Assembly (NCBI GenBank): GCA_031414955.1
Contig: JANOQV010000045.1
Location: 1-62,089 of the forward strand
Direction: 5' to 3'
DNA: 62,089 bases
Origin: Pedosphaera sp.
Lineage (GTDB): Bacteria; Verrucomicrobiota; Verrucomicrobiia; Limisphaerales; SIBH01
The position numbers and the translations under genes are program-made. The first letter of the stretch is position 1, and each line of letters starts with the position of its first letter. Below the pieces are notes generated by a model that did no database searches, had not been told where the DNA came from, and was given only the letters and a program-made list of their open reading frames with translations. Positions 59,382 through 62,089 of the stretch are shown in pieces.

Positions 59382-60918
59382 ACCAGACATCCGGCAGCTC
59401 CAGGCCGAAAAGCTCCGCCGCTATCTGCACGATGTGGTTCTCCCCTTCTCGCCTCATTACGGCTCGTTGCTGCGGGAGAGCGGGCTGGACGTGGACTCCA
59501 TCCGTTCGCTCGAAGACCTGGAAAAACTTCCCTTCACCGACAAAGCCGATCTGCTCAACACGGAAACGCATCCGCAGCGCGCGCGCGAATTCGTCATCGC
59601 CCCGGACCCGCACGCCCTGGCTTCGCGGCCCTCGACCATCCTGCGCGCGGTGTTTCATGGACGCGCTCGCGTGCGACAGGAACTGGAGTCGGAGTTCCGG
59701 CCCATTTTCCTGACCAGCACCACGGGTCGATCGGCCGACCCGATTCCGTTCCTGTTCACCCGACACGATCTAAACAACCTCGCGCTCACGGGCCGCCGCA
59801 CCTTCGAGGTTTGCGGAGCTCGGACCGAAATGCGGCTGCTGAACATGTTCCCGTTCGCTCCGCACCTGGCCTTCTGGCAGACGCATTACGGCGGCGAGGC
59901 GTTTGGAGTATTCGTCGCCAGTTCCGGCGGCGGCAAGGTTGCCGGCACCGAGGGCCAGTTGCGTTTCATGCGCAAGATTCAGCCCGACGTGCTCATCGGC
60001 ATGCCGACCTTTGTCTATCACGTCCTGCATCAGGCGGCGGAGGAAGGTGTTCGTTGCGAGAAGCTCAAACACCTCGTGCTCGGCGGCGAGAAAGTCCCCG
60101 ACGGCATGCGCCGCAAGCTCGTCTCACTGGCGCAGGAACTGGGCGCGAAATCCGTCGATGTCGTCGCCACCTACGGTTTCACCGAGGCCAAAATGGCTTA
60201 TGCCGAATGTCCGCGCGACGTCGATGAACCCTCCTGCGGCTATCATCTCTATCCCGACCTGGGTATTTTCGAGGTCGTCGATCCGCACACCGGCGAAGTG
60301 CTGCCGCCCGAGACGCCCGGCGAACTCGTGTTCACCCCGCTCGATGCGCGCGGCACGGTGGTGCTGCGCTACCGCACCGGCGATCTCATCGACGGAGGGC
60401 TGACCTATTCACGCTGTCCGAACTGCGGGCGTTGCGCGCCGCGCCTCGTCGGGAACATTTCCCGCAAGACCGAAATGCGCGCGATGCGCCTCGATAAAAT
60501 CAAAGGCACGCTCGTCGATTTCAACGAGCTGGAGCACCTGCTGGATGATTGTGAAGGTGTCTGCGCCTGGCAGATCGAGCTGCGCAAGCGCCACGACGAT
60601 CCGCTGGATCTCGACGAGCTGATTCTTCACGTCGCCCGGCGCGGCGACGCTTCCGAGATTCACCTCGCCCGCGAATTGCGCGAGCGCTTCTTTGCCCGGG
60701 CAGAGATCCATCCCAATCGCATCGAGTTTCACAGCGCCAGCGAGATGCGCGCGTTGCACGGTGTCGGCACGGAGCTGAAGGAACGCAAGTTGGTGGACCA
60801 TCGCCCCGTCCCCATGATTTCGGCGACCAATGCCGCCGGGCCGCGCGTCTTCGTTCCCTCGCCGCTTCTCGCGGAAGAGGAACGCGCGGCCGTTTCTGTG
60901 CTGGAGAACGCCGCATGA
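59338..60918 (+). CDS. Phenylacetate-CoA ligase-like (PaaK/ANL) protein
   Basis: LEDLEKLPFTDK, YGFTE, GELVFT, LRYRTGD. Confidence 0.8.
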   Translation: MNTSPLTTHWQSLPEPDIRQLQAEKLRRYLHDVVLPFSPHYGSLLRESGLDVDSIRSLEDLEKLPFTDKADLLNTETHPQRAREFVIAPDPHALASRPSTILRAVFHGRARVRQELESEFRPIFLTSTTGRSADPIPFLFTRHDLNNLALTGRRTFEVCGARTEMRLLNMFPFAPHLAFWQTHYGGEAFGVFVASSGGGKVAGTEGQLRFMRKIQPDVLIGMPTFVYHVLHQAAEEGVRCEKLKHLVLGGEKVPDGMRRKLVSLAQELGAKSVDVVATYGFTEAKMAYAECPRDVDEPSCGYHLYPDLGIFEVVDPHTGEVLPPETPGELVFTPLDARGTVVLRYRTGDLIDGGLTYSRCPNCGRCAPRLVGNISRKTEMRAMRLDKIKGTLVDFNELEHLLDDCEGVCAWQIELRKRHDDPLDLDELILHVARRGDASEIHLARELRERFFARAEIHPNRIEFHSASEMRALHGVGTELKERKLVDHRPVPMISATNAAGPRVFVPSPLLAEEERAAVSVLENAA

Positions 60919-62089
60919 ACCCTCGCCTCGTCATCATCGATGGAGTCCGGACGCCCTTCCGCAAGGCGGGCACGGATCTCGGACACCTTGATGCGGTCGA
61001 ACTGGGCCGCATCGCCATCACGGCCTTGCTCAAGAACACCGGCCTCGATCCCGCGCTGGTCGATGAAGTAATCCTCGGCTGCGTGTCCCAACCGGCGGAC
61101 GCCGCGAACGTCGCACGCGTCATCGCGCTGCGTTCCGGGATTCCGGCGAATGTTCCGGCGGTGACGGTCCATCGCAACTGCGCCAGCGGTTTTGAGTCAC
61201 TCACCACGGCTTACGAGAAAATGTGCGCCGGGCACGGCAGCATCTTCATCGTCGGCGGCACCGAGAGCATGTCGCAGATGCCGCTCCTCTACAGCCAGCG
61301 CGCCGCGAACAAATTCAGCCGCCTGGCGCGTGCGAAATCATTCACCCAAAAGCTCAGCGCGGCCGCCGCCTTTCGGCCGCGCGACTTCAAGCCGCGCATC
61401 GGGCTCCAGTTGGGCCTTACTGACCCGGTGTGCGGTTTGAACATGGGCGAGACTGCCGAGTTACTGGCGCGCGAATGGAAGATCAGGCGCGAGGAGCAGG
61501 ATCAGTTCGCGCTCGAATCACATCGCCGCGCCGTGGCCGCGCGCTCGAAGCTGGCCGACGAAATTTGCCCCGTCTTCGCGGACGCCAGAAGCCAGACCCC
61601 ATCACCCATCACCGCCGACAACGGCCCGCGCGACAACCAGTCGCTCGCCGCGCTCGCCAAGTTGCGCCCCGTCTTCACCAAGGAATTTGGAACCGTCACG
61701 GCCGGCAACTCCTCCCAGATCACCGATGGCGCCGTGGCCTTGCTGGTTATGGAGGCGGAGCGCGCCAGGGGACTCGGGTTAGCTCCCATTGGCGCGCTCG
61801 TTGACTACGCGGTGGCTGGCTGCGACCCATCACGCATGGGCCTCGGCCCCCTTTACGCGCTGGCGAAACTCGAACGGCAATCCGCGCTGCGCCTCGCCGA
61901 CGCCGATCTGATCGAAGTCAACGAAGCCTTCGCCGCGCAGACGCTCGCCGTGCTGCACGGCGCGGCCTCGGCGGAATTCGCCCGCCAGCATCTCGGCCGC
62001 GAGACCCCTCTCGGAACCATTTCACGCGACCAGCTCAACGTGAATGGCGGTGCCATTGCCCTCGGCCATCCGGTCGGAGCCACTGGTGC
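60915..62089 (+). CDS. Acetyl-CoA C-acyltransferase (thiolase, FadI-like), 3' end runs off the window
   Basis: Manual translation from ATG 60915: IIDGVRTPF...VHRNCASG...TAGNSSQITDGA...EVNEAFA...NVNGGAIALGHPVGATG. Confidence 0.92.
   Translation, partial: MNPRLVIIDGVRTPFRKAGTDLGHLDAVELGRIAITALLKNTGLDPALVDEVILGCVSQPADAANVARVIALRSGIPANVPAVTVHRNCASGFESLTTAYEKMCAGHGSIFIVGGTESMSQMPLLYSQRAANKFSRLARAKSFTQKLSAAAAFRPRDFKPRIGLQLGLTDPVCGLNMGETAELLAREWKIRREEQDQFALESHRRAVAARSKLADEICPVFADARSQTPSPITADNGPRDNQSLAALAKLRPVFTKEFGTVTAGNSSQITDGAVALLVMEAERARGLGLAPIGALVDYAVAGCDPSRMGLGPLYALAKLERQSALRLADADLIEVNEAFAAQTLAVLHGAASAEFARQHLGRETPLGTISRDQLNVNGGAIALGHPVGATG

Overview
GC-rich bacterial DNA, most likely Verrucomicrobiota. 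This is inferred from the DUF1552/DUF1592 pair, a prepilin H-X9-DG protein, DUF2851, a WD40 Ser/Thr kinase and the C-terminal tail of a secreted protein. In order, the window holds: a DUF1592-DUF1552 pair split by a 1211-aa alpha/beta-hydrolase+CHAT caspase-like protein; rsfS; rnhB; an ECF sigma/anti-sigma pair; a DUF2071 gene; a pilin-like/secreted pair; and an operon of PQQ-propeller, PD-(D/E)XK nuclease, S10 peptidase, PIN toxin pair, HemN-like radical SAM, UbiC-like protein and halogenase-family flavoprotein. Next is a minus-strand complex I operon nuoA-B-C-D-I-H-J-K-L-M-M-N (two NuoM, no nuoEFG, lengthened NuoL helix), followed by an RluA-RlmI-like fusion. The rest contains phoD, GNAT, a POT transporter, DUF2851, yggS, amidohydrolase-CBM9, a stand-alone C-terminal half of carB, an FHA membrane protein, a kinase-GT9-GT2 locus, and a patatin-CoA ligase-thiolase operon. 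The most unusual signal involves palindromic repeats from several families. Some sit in frame inside proteins (NuoL, NuoJ, the methyltransferase). Every intergenic insertion in the nuo operon, and the spacer in front of the CHAT gene, is spanned by an open frame that starts at the upstream stop (mostly ATGA) and ends at or near the next start. No tRNA, rRNA, CRISPR or transposase was recognised. All product calls come from reading motifs by eye, not from database searches.
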